Source: Takakia lepidozioides (lineage: Eukaryota > Plantae > Bryophyta). Taken from it: DNA of 64,000 nucleotides. Shown piece by piece: positions 35,936-49,300 of this stretch. Position 1 is the stretch's first letter; each line of letters opens with the position of its first letter. Made by a program: the position numbers and the translations under genes. Below the pieces are notes generated by a model. It did no database searches. It was not told where the DNA came from and was given only the letters and a program-made list of their open reading frames with translations. Location of the stretch: positions 30,690,001-30,754,000 of the forward strand of contig CM060733.1 in NCBI GenBank assembly GCA_030704615.1, read 5' to 3'.

Positions 35936-38759
35936 GTCTACACCCTTCAATCACAGAAGAAAATAAGGCAGATTTCTAAGGGTGAAGGCGTAGGTAAGCT
36001 GCTGAGCATTTCTGATCCTCATAGTGGAAGACTTAAGTGAGAGATTGGGTTCCACGGAATAGACAGAAGTGAGGGATTGGGTTCCGCGGAGAGAAAGAGG
36101 AGGTTGTGTGACTTACGATAACATAAGCATCTTTTCAAGAATCTTCAGAGCATTCAAGAAATTTCCTATTGAGACAATAGATGGACGTTTGGGTACGACT
36201 GAGTCCATAGAAGTGAGAGGAAGTTTATCGGGAATGGAAATGAGCATTTGACTTTCCATGTACCATTATTAGTGGGTTCTTAGTATGCCGTGTTCGAAGA
36301 GTTGTGGTTGATCAACTGTGGAGTTGCACATCCTTTCCGACAACAGAAACATTACTGCTTCACATTTCCAAGTCTACAAACAATCTGAGAGAGTGCCTCG
36401 GGAGATGGCTTCAACACAACTAGGCACACAATGCACGGGAACTCCTGCACTATGGTCACCATTTGATTGTCGTACCACCTGATTGTCGCATTCATTTTCC
36501 GAGCGAAATCCTGAATTCTTACCTCTGCGAAACGAGCTTCAAGCATCGCTGTTAGAGACGAGGTCAAGACCAGCCCCGCAGTTGATGATTTCAAAATTGT
36601 TCCAAAACGTTGGTCACTGATGCCCATAGAAGCGTTGGAATTCAGCCTACAAGCGATCAACAAAGCAAGGAAGGGCAGCAAGTTCAAGGGCGCGAGACAT
36701 GGAATGTGCATTTCTTGGCGCGCTCTTCAACTGTTTCTCTCTTAGTAACTTGGCGTTTCCGTCCATTTTGAAAGGGACTGGGTATGCCTTGGATACGACT
36801 AAGGACTTGAGACTCTGTGAAGATACTGGCAATCCCCATGAAGTCTGTCTCTGTCATTGCGCTTGCAACCATTGCGTGGATATGATGATCGTAGCACAGC
36901 AATTGCTCGCATCCACTGAGGATTGCGGAGAGGACTAGATGGTGGGCTGGTGAGTCAATAACACTCTTTCAGTCAGCACTGCCATGACGAAGCTATCCAA
37001 CAGCAACAGCGACGAATGGCAGTCAGCGCTGCTGGCATCCGTTCTGCCACCGTCCGCAGCGTCCCTCACCTTCTTCACCACCCTCACCGGCGCCGAGGTA
37101 CTACCTTGCTCCTCTCAAGTAGAGTATGACACTTACTATATTGAACGTTATGAGACTTCCATGGGAATTGATTCTTTTACCACCTCCACCTCACCTGCCA
37201 GTCTGTCTCTGTGCAATCCGTTCTACTGCAAGACATTCTCAACCCTAGAGCTCTTTGAGGGATGGTTGTGACTGCCCTCATTCCTCCCTGTTTTCCCCCT
37301 TGTATGGAAGCTTTTGGGCGGGTGGTTGTTAATTTAGAATTCCCTGTCTTTGCCTAACTCACCTACATGCATATCCAAAAGCCTCTTGTGAACATTGTCT
37401 TGCGGTGTATCTGAAGGCCATCATGCTCTTGATTATCTTTCTGTTTCTGGGCATACTTCATGGATTCTCCTTCTTAGAACAGCCTTCTGTCTCTAGTGGG
37501 TTTGGAGGTCTTGAACACTTCTTCCTTCTGTTTGATTTTGGATAAGAGCATGCATGGGGAAGGCAGAGGCCAAGGAAAAACACAACTTTATTGAGTCTGC
37601 AATTTTGGGATCTGTGAAGGGAGCAGGGAGAGCAGTCGGAGTGTCCTGTGCCACTCCAGTGCTAGGGTCAATGTTGGGAGGTCTGGCGGTGGCTGCTGCC
37701 TCAGTGGCATCCGCCCAGGTTTGTCTCATCCTTTGTGCAGTCATTCTATCCAGAACAACCGATCAAACCACCTGGATAGCACTGTTGCGCAGTTGTAAGC
37801 TCCTAGGTAATTACCGACCAGAGCTTTGGTTTGCCATAAACGAGAGAGCTGGTCTAAATTGTGGACTAACAAATGCAGGTCGCGGTTGTTGGTGCTTACT
37901 CTACCCCACCCTAGGCTTTAGCCTCTCTCTGCGCATCTGCAGTACTCTTCTTCGATTTCAACATTAATTGTTCTCATCTGTTAAAAGTGCTCTAAGCATG
38001 TTGTCCAGCAGTCTTATTTTGCATGGATTAGCTTAATTAGAGGTTGGTCACCCAACCTGGACACAGCAGGAATCAGTCAGAATAATGTTACCCACAACAC
38101 CCATCCCTTAGTCGTGGTCAGAATCATGGTAATTATGTCAGTGTAAGGACTTTTTCACGCATAATGTATGCTCTCATGAAGAATTGGCTTTCATATGGTA
38201 TGCAGTGTGAGTTTTGTTGTAGTGTAGGTAATGATAGTGGTTGCTATGGTCATTGAGATATCCCTTACAGTTCAGAGACTGTGCATGGTTTCTAAAAAAG
38301 ATAACCATGAATTTCTTTCCAGAGACTCTGCAATATTATTCGGCGCTATATGTGGTCAAACCTATATTACCCATCCCGGGATGCGATGCATATTCCTAGT
38401 TATGGTGATTTCAGAATCATGTTAGATCATGTCAGTGAAGGACTTCTTGCACATAACTTATGCTTCCATATCCAAGATCTGTCAAAGAATTGGCTTTCTA
38501 ACATTATGGGGTGAGTTTGTGCTTGTCCTCTTTATTTGCCATGTCTAATTTTCACTTAATTGGGGAAGGCTGTCACACTTGAGCGAAAGGTAGAATGGTA
38601 GTGTATGTAGTGACAGTGGTTGATGTGGTCATTCAGATGTCCCTTTCTGTTCGGAGGTTGTGCATAAATGGTTCCAAGAAAGAGAAGCATGAATTTCTTT
38701 CCAGAGATTCTGCAATATTCCATGCCATATTTGGTGACTTACCTTGATAAAAACAACTA

Positions 38760-39160
38760 GTTCGAGTTTTCCAGATATCCTCTAGTTAGCCCTTCACACA
38801 AGCATCAACTTGCCGTGTGTGAGCTGCCCCGCAATTAGACGCCAAGAGGACCAGGGCTCTAGGCTCAGCCTCAAGATTCTGAAAGCTGGTTGAGGTGCAA
38901 TGTTCTTGATCGTCCTGAAGAGGGGTCACTCTCTGGTGAGAATGTATTAGAAAATGGGTATTGTCAGGCTGCCCGCACATCGGGCAATTACAATCCCCTC
39001 TTCCTCTCTGCATCTGTTTACTGTTCAAAGGTAGGCTGCCAGCCCTGAGTTTACATTTGAGTCTAGTGCCAAGGCTAGGCAGGCCCTTCAGATCATCTTA
39101 AGGCCCTCGCCTCATGTCACAGACTGGAAACAAGTTCAGGGAAATTTTACGCCTAACTTT
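38760..39160 (-). mobile_element. Older degenerate family A LINE fragment in an intron
   Basis: NSKQMQRGRGDCNCPMCGQ...QVDACVKG matches the family A peptide. Confidence 0.85.
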
Positions 39161-39689
39161 TCATAGTCCTTGGGCATCAGACATGGGAACACTAAGAGAG
39201 AGAATGAGAGGGGGGATGATTTAGGGTTCCGCCATTCAAGCCTTCCAAAAGCTGAAAGTATTTGGTTGGAGGCCAGGTACTGGGAGGCAATTGGCGGAAT
39301 GTGATGCCCAGCAATGTTGTGCGGCCAGGAGCACTGGCACGTGCATCCATTCCAGGTCGGTGAAGACTACCCTAGCCTCCCATGAAGTTTTCTGAATTGA
39401 TGCTCTGACAGATGGGTTCAGTGATGGTTCGACAGCTAGAGGGACCAAGTATGCAAATGAGAAGGAAGCAGAATTGATCAAGGACCTATACAAGCTATAT
39501 GGGTGTCACCATTGCGGCAATCACTGGGGAGAGAGGTGCGATCTGTCACACTTCGCCTTATTTTCTTCTGCGATTTCTTCTTGGGGGGCTTATTCAGCTC
39601 AGCTCTTCTATTAATTATTATAGCGATGGTTCATGTTTGCGTTTTATTTGGGGGCCCTGTGCAGAGCCCACTATAGTAGTTACTAACTT

Positions 39690-40078
39690 AGTAAGTAGTA
39701 AGTGGCAGTGGGAGGAGTGCTCTCCTCCTTTATATACCCTCTCAGGCCGGCGGTGCCCGACCCCGTCAAGCAGTCGTGGACCCTTTAGAAGGCTGCTCCA
39801 CACGTCAACCCCTACAACCCCCTACTCCCACCACTTGACACCTGTACATTAACTACTGACCCTCTGCTTCTATCCTTGCTATTGGCCGCTCCCACCTGCT
39901 CCATTTCATTGACCATCTTTGAATAAATCTCATCTCCATGTTTGGCAATTCCCCATTCTACCCCTCTTGAACACCTATTTTCTGGCAAAGTCCCCCCTCT
40001 GCTCGTTCACTCCCTCCTTTTTTAAATTCTTCGACCGTCCTTTAAAGGACAGGGCCACCCAAACTTGGGGGGCTTACT
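39690..40078 (-). mobile_element. Solo-LTR-like or MITE-like insertion in an intron
   Basis: Termini AGTAAG...CTTACT and a TATATAAAGGAGGAG box on the minus strand; no clean TSD. Confidence 0.35.
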
Positions 40079-42482
40079 GATTGAAGGGTGTCGATTTGGA
40101 GGTTGGGGTGGTAGGAGCAAGTTTATTTAAGTTTTCTTGTTGGGATACAGGACCACTTATCCTGGTGTTTGATTTGCATGCCAGTATTGCGGATCACATT
40201 CCCCCCAATATAATAGCCAGGCAGGCAAATACAAGAAATGTTACTGGGCTGCTGCGTCGCGTGGGATGCCTGCTCGTCAGAAATGAAATAGGCATGCAAC
40301 GACTCTTTTCCCCAGTGCGTCTCCTGTATGAAGCGCCAGAGTGCAGCGCTTCGCCATGGCAAGCGTGCTTTGGTGTTTCATTTTCGACATGGTTTTCCTG
40401 AGGTGGGGCCTTTCTGTAACTCTTCACTTCCTGTCCTTCCGTTGGCAGATTGTAATGCAGGCAGTCCAACTCATATGGCTGTGACAGTATGATTGTGCGT
40501 CCAGGGTTGATTAAAAAGATGATCTAGAATATGAAATCGACTCAGGAGATAGGAGAGGCAGATGCAGTTGGAGATGCATTGAAATGAGCAATGTTAATGG
40601 ATACCTCCATCTGTAGGTGGTGTTTGCAAGTGTGTGAGGGGCATGGTGTGGGTGGGACTGTGCAGCCTCCTTATCGGACAGGTTTCTGTATAGGAGCATT
40701 GCAGCTGGAGGAACATAGAGTAACCAAAATTCTGTAAAGACTGCTGCACCCCATTATTGTATCACCTGCATTATTCAGCTTAGGTGAGGGTAGGTAGAAG
40801 ACAATGGCGCGGTTGTAACTGCAATGAGATGGACTAATTCTTTATTCCTCTTCTTGCCCATCCTTCCCTCATTAGTTTTCTGCTGGAATGTGAATATTCA
40901 AGGTCTTCGAACCTTCCACCAGCTCCCACCTCCTAAGTAAGATTTTGCATCCAGATATGTTATTTGCCTATTTTGATCACTTTCTCAGAATATTATTTCC
41001 GGTGATGTAGGGTATTGTCTTGGCTTGGAACCTCATAGAAGCAGGAGACTCATCTGATTGGCAAAGGCTCTTATCCCCATTCAATGAAGGAATGGATAAC
41101 CTTCCATATTCCGATTTCCTAGGTCTCCCACTCTCCAGCCCACCCTGGGGATTAGCTTTAGAAGAAGTGTCGTTGTACCAATCTAATGATGGAAAGCACG
41201 CCTTTGGAAAACCATGTAGTATGTAAGTTTAGTACAGACCAGTCATATCGACCTTCTTTGTGTGTTCACCTCTGAACAAAAGCTTATTGACCAATTAAAA
41301 GGAGGGTGACAAGGTGGATACTTTAGGCACCATTAAGTGTAATGTTAGGCGCAAACACTGGCATCACAATCAACATCGCCTCCCAACTTAAATGTTCCAC
41401 AACAGCAAAGCATAGGGGAGCAAAGAAAATTACTAAGTAGCCCACATCTTCACTTTTTGCACACAGGCTTGCACTAGCCAAACTCTTCCAATGAGACACT
41501 TAACTGTTCCATGGGACCTGACATCTCTAGTTGCCACTAATGAGTATGAACATTTTCTTTTGGTGCCAGATTCCTTTATATTGCGATTGGTACCTACTAA
41601 GACACATGTGCAGAACATTCCTGTGCTAGTTGTCTCTTGTGTATTTCAGTCCAGAACCCAGTAATACATAGTCTCTGTTGAACTTCAAACACTTCAAACA
41701 CTTCGTTCGAGTCACACAACAGAGCTGGTTTCGCCTGCAAAGAGCAAATCACAGAAACAATACAGTGTGCCATTGTATAGTACGCCGGCCCTGCTTTGCA
41801 TACAAAAGAGGGATACAGAGGCTGGCTAGCTTGAGTCCAGCACATCAACACCCACGGACACTCAGTCAACACCAAAAACAAACAAGCCAAGCTTCAATTG
41901 CCTTGGTAAAAAATGGAATGCAAGAAACCCTGAGCCAAACCTTCCGAGGACCCCACAAAGCACACAAAGTCTTGGGCATGTCCGGAAGAGCTATAACTGA
42001 CCCTCGCCCTCGAGCGACATTGTGTCTAGCCCACCGCTGGGATGCCTTGAGTCTGCTGTGGCAAATGTTCCACTATTCATGATTCCTGAAGGGCCACCCA
42101 CCCCCTCCATCCGCTCACCCCCTCCATCCGCTCTTCCTCTGTTATCATCTCTTCCTTTTAACAATTAATGGGGGGTGGAGCAGAACCAGGTGTACCGCAC
42201 CATTCTATGCGAAGGACAACATCAGTGGCTCACTAACTTCTTGTCAAAGGTTCTGCAAGGAGATTCGACCGTAATTGAAGCTGTGACGCAAAAGATGCTT
42301 GCAACATTACCAAAAACGCAAGACATTCCTCTGCCGTAGGGTTAGGTCACCTTTTCCTCCTCTGAATCAGACGTGCAGTGCATGGTGTGCAATGCTACGT
42401 GACCCCATGCACCATACCCCACCAGGCCAACAGCGGAGCGGCAGCTGATGGTGCAACTCGTCTGTAGAGGCATACACATGCC

Positions 42483-43871
42483 TCATTGAGTGGCAACAGC
42501 AGTTTGTTGCGAGTCACTGGCCACCATATTGTTGCCACTGGAACCTCCTTCACCTGTCTCACTGCCACCAGGCAGCGGATGGAAAGCAGAGGAATGGAAT
42601 GGCGGGGCAGGATGGTGGTTGTTGTAGGCACTGTTGCCACTATGTGCCAATATAGTAGAGTGATAACCTGCTGCCTCGCCTGACCCCCCCATCATGCCTT
42701 GACCAGAGTGTGAGGCTTGTGAGTCTGAAGCATTCCCATCTTGTGAAGATTGCCCCTTGCAAGACCTGCGGTTTCCTGCATTCCCTTTCAACTCTCCCTC
42801 CTTGGGCTTTGTATTCAAAAACCGGCCTCCACACCCCCTTGCTCTTCTGAGAGCATGTTGATGCCGCGACTCATGCAAATACGGCTGCCATCACACACCA
42901 TGTCAGTGGAAATCTGTTTACCCATGTGTGCCACGCACAGGAATCGGAAAGACACTGGGTTGACAATCTGGTTCATAATCCATACAGGCCCCTACAGCTC
43001 AAACACTAAGCACAGTAGTATGAGACACAGTATATCATAGAAAAGGAGTTGGTGCCTAACCAACCTGCTGAGACAGAAACACAAGGAAGGCAACGTACTT
43101 TCCGGGACTTGATGAGCTTGTTTTCAGATTCAGCCTTGGCACGAGACTGTCGTCGGCGCAGGATCCCATGATACTGTTTCGCATTGACATATACAGGCTC
43201 CTCCTCCATCATCTCTGATGGCAATGGCATACGTGCTTGTTGCATCCCTAGCATGTGGGGGTGGATCTGCACCCTCATCAGCCCTGTCATCCCCTAATCT
43301 GACCAACCTATCCCCCTTGCAAACCCTCCCATCGTATACCTGCAAACACATTGGGGGGGGGGGGGGATGCCCTTTCAAATGCAACAGCTGCTGCCCAAAC
43401 TTCTAACCTCTGCCAGAACACAAAACGTTTCTACATAGTCAATGGATACAACCTCCTATTACTCTGACAAGCTTCTCAAGAGAGCATTGCAATCACAGAC
43501 AGTCCATAGAGGCAACCAACAGCAGAATTGGATGTAAAGACTCACCATAGCTTGTGCACCATACGCAGCCACCATTCCTCCAAAATATGGATCTGCATAT
43601 GGGTAGGCTGCTCGAGCCTGAACAGAGAAGCAAGAGTGAGAATAACATCTGTAACAGCCTGCAGTGTATTCAGGCAAACCAAAAGAGCACCTGGATCTTC
43701 AGCAGTCTCTGTATAACTTAAGAGGATTACCAACATGGGACACATGTCAGCAGACATACTGAGCTCATAGACTATCATGCATGTTGCACACATACCATGG
43801 AGTGGCCAAGCTCCAGCTGGGTGTGGGGCAGCATATATTCTCCAGGAGCAGGCATGCCAGTAGATGGCGCA

Positions 43872-43908
<37 letters not shown>

Positions 43909-44696
43909 CCTCTACACCGTTACCTTCAAATCCTGCCAAAAATCCATTTTCAACCTGATGTCAGCACCTCATCCGCAGAGACACGCCCTGGGTCGAAGGA
44001 AGGTAAGCTGCACCTGGGTAATTGCATGCACTGTCCAGCTCGTACTGCGAAAGTCCCTAGCTTCATATAATTCTGCGTAGCTTCGACCTTCCTCAATGCT
44101 TTAACTCTTTGATTCTCCCCTCTACACTGGAAACTACTTTCTAAAACCAGGTCAAACCACTCAATGCAAATACACACACCCTGAGTGGAGGCCTCTAACC
44201 CGGGACGGTTTTGAGGCCACCACAGCACACAGAAGGCATGCATGACATAACAAATGCACACCACAGCAAACCAACCCAAACCCACATCCTGACTTAGTTG
44301 CCATGCGGTGCCCTTCTTGGTCTATGTAACACAACTCCCTCCTGCATTTTTCCTCGGAATCTCGCTCCAATCCTGAATACTGCGGACACAATGTACCATG
44401 GAGCGCTTGCCTACTTGAAATTCCCAAAAACCTATGAACCGTCTCTGCGGATAGCTACTAAGGAGATCCCCCATAAGATATCGGATTCATGTCAAGCAGA
44501 CGTACGTACCAGGTTGGGAAGGCAAGGCCTGCATTCTCGGAGGTGCAGACTGGGCATCAGGAGGGGCAGGAGGGGGTGCCTGCATGGGAGCAGTGAAGCT
44601 GGGTTCATACACAGCCTTGTCGCTGGGCCCACCCCACCAAACCACTGCTGCGGGCGCACTACCTGCCGTGTGCTCCTCGCTGCTACCAGCTTGCAT
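42483..44696 (-). CDS. NF-YA: Nuclear transcription factor Y subunit A (CBF-B/HAP2)
   Basis: Exons 44696-44510, 43932-43796 (poly-Q), 43617-43546, 43266-43099, 42884-42483. Core [23 protein letters not shown]...[24 protein letters not shown]. Confidence 0.95.
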
Positions 44697-45303
44697 ATTC
44701 CGTCTTACTCCCCTTAAGCTTTTGTCCCTCACCCTTCTTGCTTGACGATCTCGTCACAGATGCAACAAGGGCACAGCACAGCCTGTCATACGACATCAAA
44801 GCAGTTGAGCTTCAGCAGTCCCTCCTCCTTCCTGACCTGCTGCCTGCTTTCCTACACTTGTGAGGCGACTTCCCTGCTCTTCCCCACCACATGTTGCCCG
44901 TCCTCTCACTATCCATCTTCACCCTATGGTCATACAGCCCACACCACCAGTCTCTCTACCTCTCCCTCCCTCTGTCTATGTGCAAAGACAAGCCGGTCAC
45001 ACAGACAAACGAAAACTCCCTTCTACCACATCAAATGCCTAATAAATGCCAAGACTACTCAGACACTAGACATGCAGGCAACGAGATGCTTTCTACGTCC
45101 TTCGACAAGTGTGACCAACCATAAACAACGATTGAACCTCACAGCCCAGAAGCAACACTCATCAGTCCTGTCCCAGCCCCTCCAATCTACTTTGGATTTT
45201 GCTTCAGCCAATGGGCGACACAGAAGCTCGGAATTCAGGCAGGGCCGAGCAAGGGTCCTAGACTGATGCACTTATAAGCCATAACCACCTTGTGGGCAGG
45301 AGC

Positions 45304-45354
45304 CTATGAGGACCCAGGCGGCAGCCTAGTAAGCAGCATGGCGGCCATTCCCAT
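45304..45354 (-). promoter_or_regulatory. Candidate uORF in the NF-YA 5' leader (MGMAAMLLTRLPPGSS)
   Basis: Three in-frame ATGs and a TAG stop, followed by an AAG/GTGGTT donor-like site at 45289. Confidence 0.35.
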
Positions 45355-46399
45355 CGCTAAATGTGGCCTCCCTCTCCAACACCAGCGCTCTCTCGCCCTG
45401 CCCCCTTGTCTGCCCCCTCTCCATAACCACCCTCCTGCCGCACCCTAACCAACCATCCATCCCTCCCTCCCTCTTCCACCCTCTCATAAACCAACAGACC
45501 CCTTCGTCCCCACCTTCCTGCCCCTTCTTACCACCTTCTCTGCACCTGTGCAAAGGAAGGTAGAGGTGGGTTCCTGGATTCGAACTCCACACCTCTTGAG
45601 AGCATGTTGGTGTTATGGTCAACAACATGCATCACAACGGTCTCTAAATTAGTTTAACACAATTCGATGCGCAATTACGATATCATCTTGTTTTTCGATC
45701 GTCACAATCGACACTTATGGAATCCGATATGCGCCGGAAGCTCGATTTCAATTTCACGGGTATTTTACACTTCGTTGCCAGCTCCGAACTCGCTTGCTAA
45801 TCATGTGATTAAGTTAGTGTTACAAGATTAGGGTTTCCCGTAGGGTGGATGTGATTTTAGGGTGTGAGGATTAGGGCCCAGACTGACCCACTTATTGATA
45901 ATGGATGGATGAAATATGGTGACGTGGAAGGACGGAAGGAAGGAATGAACGTTAAGTAGTGAGTCAGAGATACCTTCCTACTAGTGAGGACAACATTAAC
46001 TTACTACTATTTGTAAAACTCAGTGACTAGTAAAAGAGGGAGAGAGTACGAGCTTATCCGCTGCCGTCTGTGGCCCTATCAGAGGCCGGCATGCCGATCG
46101 CAGCCACGTGGTGGCCTGGATCCGGGACCCGCCCACGTCGCCCCACGTGCTAAGTCCACGCGGCGAGATCTTCGCGCCTTGTATCGACGGCAGAACTTTG
46201 CGATGGTAGACTTCACACGTGCTACGCACTCTGCGGTAGCATGCCCGTGCTCGGGCGCCCGAGCTCGGGTGTGTTGGTGGGTTTGTGGATGACATTCAGC
46301 TCTGCACAATGATGGCACCGATTGTTGCACTCTTTTTTTTTATTTTTTTACTTATAAATTATGGAGATGTAATATGATGAGGGGAAAATTGGGGAGTGT

Positions 46400-49300
46400 A
46401 GGGGGAGGGAGGAGGAGGCGCGATGGCGGAGCTGCGAGACAACCTCCAATGGTCATCTGAAAACTTCTTCCATCTCTATCAGATCCTATCGACTTCCTGC
46501 TTGCTTTACTTACACCAAATAGCAAATACTCCCAAGCTTAGCTATCAAGTGATATGCACATTACAAGTTTTTGTTTGGTTCTTTTTCAATACTTTCTTCT
46601 ACAGTGTTCATCTTAACATCCTGCTCCCTTTCATCTCCATCTTCGCTACCTGTATCATCCCTAATCCTCCCACCACAGCCGTCTTTAGCTTCTAAGCCGT
46701 TCGCTTTCTACAGTGACGTTTCCCGCCTATACCCCCCTCCTCTACTTTTTCCGCCAACCCCTCTCTTAAGATCCATATCTCTCACAACCAGCAGAGTCCT
46801 TAAACGCTTTCGGAAGCAACCACCTACGTAACAATGAGAAGTTGGCGACTCGGGGGAACACCAGAGGGCAGCAGAGTCAGTACAGAAGACCCACCCCGTC
46901 GTCTGGTACAGGCTTCTTTATGGCACACCAAGCTCGATCCAGGATAGCTTTTGCCAATGGTTCAGTAAGACATCCCTCCCCTCCCATTCCCACCAACCCT
47001 CTCTCCCCTCCCCAACCACTTCTCAAAATGCCCAGGTTAAACTCCTGCATTCCAAAACTTTCCGAACCCTCCAATTTTGGAGGAACCACCAGTAGACTGG
47101 GAGGAAGAGAGCGCTCTTAATCAAGATGATCTGGACAAGGACTACCCCATGATCAACATGAACATCTCGGAACTGCAAAGGAGAGTCACAACAATGGAAG
47201 AGACAGGTATCCTCATTCACTTTCCGGGGAAAAAAGTGGATAGGGCAACAGTCAGGGATTGGGCCATCAGACACCTTGGCGGTAATGGAAAACTGAGGCA
47301 GCTGTTCTGCCATGCCAAAGGAAGGGGGTTTTTCTCTATCATCTTTGAAACAAAAGAGGCTGCTAATGAGGCTTTGATGTTTAACCCTCATACCAGGGGG
47401 TTTAATGTCAACATATTTCCATGGTCTCCTAGGATGGGGAACAGGAACGGAAAGTTGTGGGGCCCCCGCATCGTCTCAGTCCCAAAGATCCCAGATCAGT
47501 ACTTGGTGAACTTGGCAGACATTGCAAACCATTTCGGGTCTTATCTTGGATGCTTGGCTGTCTTTGACCCCCAAATGTGCACACACAACCTAAGACAGGA
47601 CCCAACATGGAAATCAGTAACTATTGCTTCCCGACTTCATGAAACTGGAAATGCCAAATTTGTCTTGATGATGCCGGATAAGGATATTCTCCCGCAATTT
47701 GTCAAACTGCCAATAGATGAGGAGGGCAATTACTTTACAATCCAACTCATAGAGGATACCACCTATGCGGCTTGCTTCAACTGTGGCCAGTTGGGACATC
47801 TCATAATCGACTGCCTGGCAGCCAAGCGCAAGTGAACCCAGCCCATGACCCCATTCAAACCACAGAGACAGGAACAAGGAGGGGGGCCAGAATCAACAGC
47901 GGAGCACTGGCAGGAATTACAGTCTCCCACACCACAACCCGGGCCTGCAACAATTCCAGGAGGGCAACAAACCCGGCACAAAACACCAAATGACCCTCTA
48001 CAGCTCAGATCATGGCAAAGCCCCGGAAAAGAGGAGACACCCAAGGATCCGATGCAAGAAGAGCTGATGGCCCACCAGCAACAGATGAATGCCATCACAA
48101 AAGGGAAAGAGAAACTTACGGAAACACAGCAGCAGGGGGCATCTATCGGCCAAGGAAAAGGAAAGCATCAGAGTAGCTCACCCCCAAGAGTAGTCAAATT
48201 GACCCTCCCTACCAGTAACTCCTTCCCCAAAATCACCACTGGAATCGCTTGTAATTCCAGGTTTGCTAACAACTGTCTCCAAATCGGCTCATTCCCACAC
48301 CTAAACTTGGTGGGATGCTCAGCACTGGATATTGTCGACTCCCCGAAGGCAACATGTGTGACACCCTTGATCATCGAAAAAGCAAACCCCCGGCGGACGA
48401 CTGGGAAACGGTCGAATCATTATGGATAACATCAGCAGATCTCAAGCATTTCCTGCAAACCAACCCACCCAATACCAATTCGTAAATTTTGTTCAAGGGG
48501 AAAATTCAGCAATTCTTCCTCAAGCAACAAAAACATTATTCACTTTCACCCCTCACCAAAATCTCATGGGGGGCGTACATGGAAGACTATCCTGGACTTA
48601 GTGTCAAACCTTCAACCCACATTCTAGCTCTCATGGAGGATGCAGAAATTTATGCCTCGCCTCCACCGATAGAGGCTATCTAGACTTATGAGGACCTGCT
48701 CTCAACCCCCACAGGGAGTCACAGTTTGCAAATTCGAAACTAGGATACCCTGATAAATGGGTTTCAGTTGCTGGGAGCCCACTTGGACTCTGAAGTGGAT
48801 GGGGAAAATTACAGAATGGAGGTTCAAAGGACAAAAGATCATATTAATGGCACCAGACGGACAGATCACTCTCACTCTTCCTCAGACTCCCAGGTGGAAT
48901 CGTCTACGCAAGAGGAGAATCACAACATGATGGACTCGGTGAAAGGAGCCAAACAAGTATCCTCCCCAACAATCATTGACACAACCCAGGCTAACTCGCT
49001 GCCAAACTCTCAAGTGACTTCTCCACCCAAGGTCCTAACTCCCTCATCTCCACCTTCCCCAAACAAGGTACCATCCTCTCTCTCACCCTGTTTCATTTAT
49101 CAGGTCTTATCTGGGAACCCTGCTAGATGCTGGATGTTATGCGAGAAAGAGAAATACGTGGGGGGGAAGCAGGTCAGACATAGGCTACCAGTGTTTGATT
49201 TGCCAGAGAACATACCCTCTGGAACTCTTCCCTCTGATGGCTCAATCAGTGAGAGATACCCTGGTTTTAACGATCTTTTCAATGCGATGTTCTTCCCGAC

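Larger units (their letters stand above)
36984..40492 (+). pseudogene. Spliced gene (frameshifted or pseudogene) for a membrane-associated HNH/zinc-binding-like protein
   Basis: Exons 36984-37097, 37620-37718, possibly an unresolved exon, 39277-39355, 39436-39535, 40185-40492. They give SCATP, GGNWRNVMPS, SIPARGTKYA, GCHHCG, IADHIPPN and, after a +1 T near 40309, PQCVSCMKRQSAALRHGKRALVFH. Confidence 0.7.

Noticed and set aside
36352-36938. Minus-strand ORFs as a gene
   Set aside because: No recognisable domain or consistent exon structure.
43955-44044. Additional NF-YA coding exon
   Set aside because: It would require an implausibly short intron (about 20-30 nt) or include a stop; direct splicing from 44510 to 43932 is in frame.
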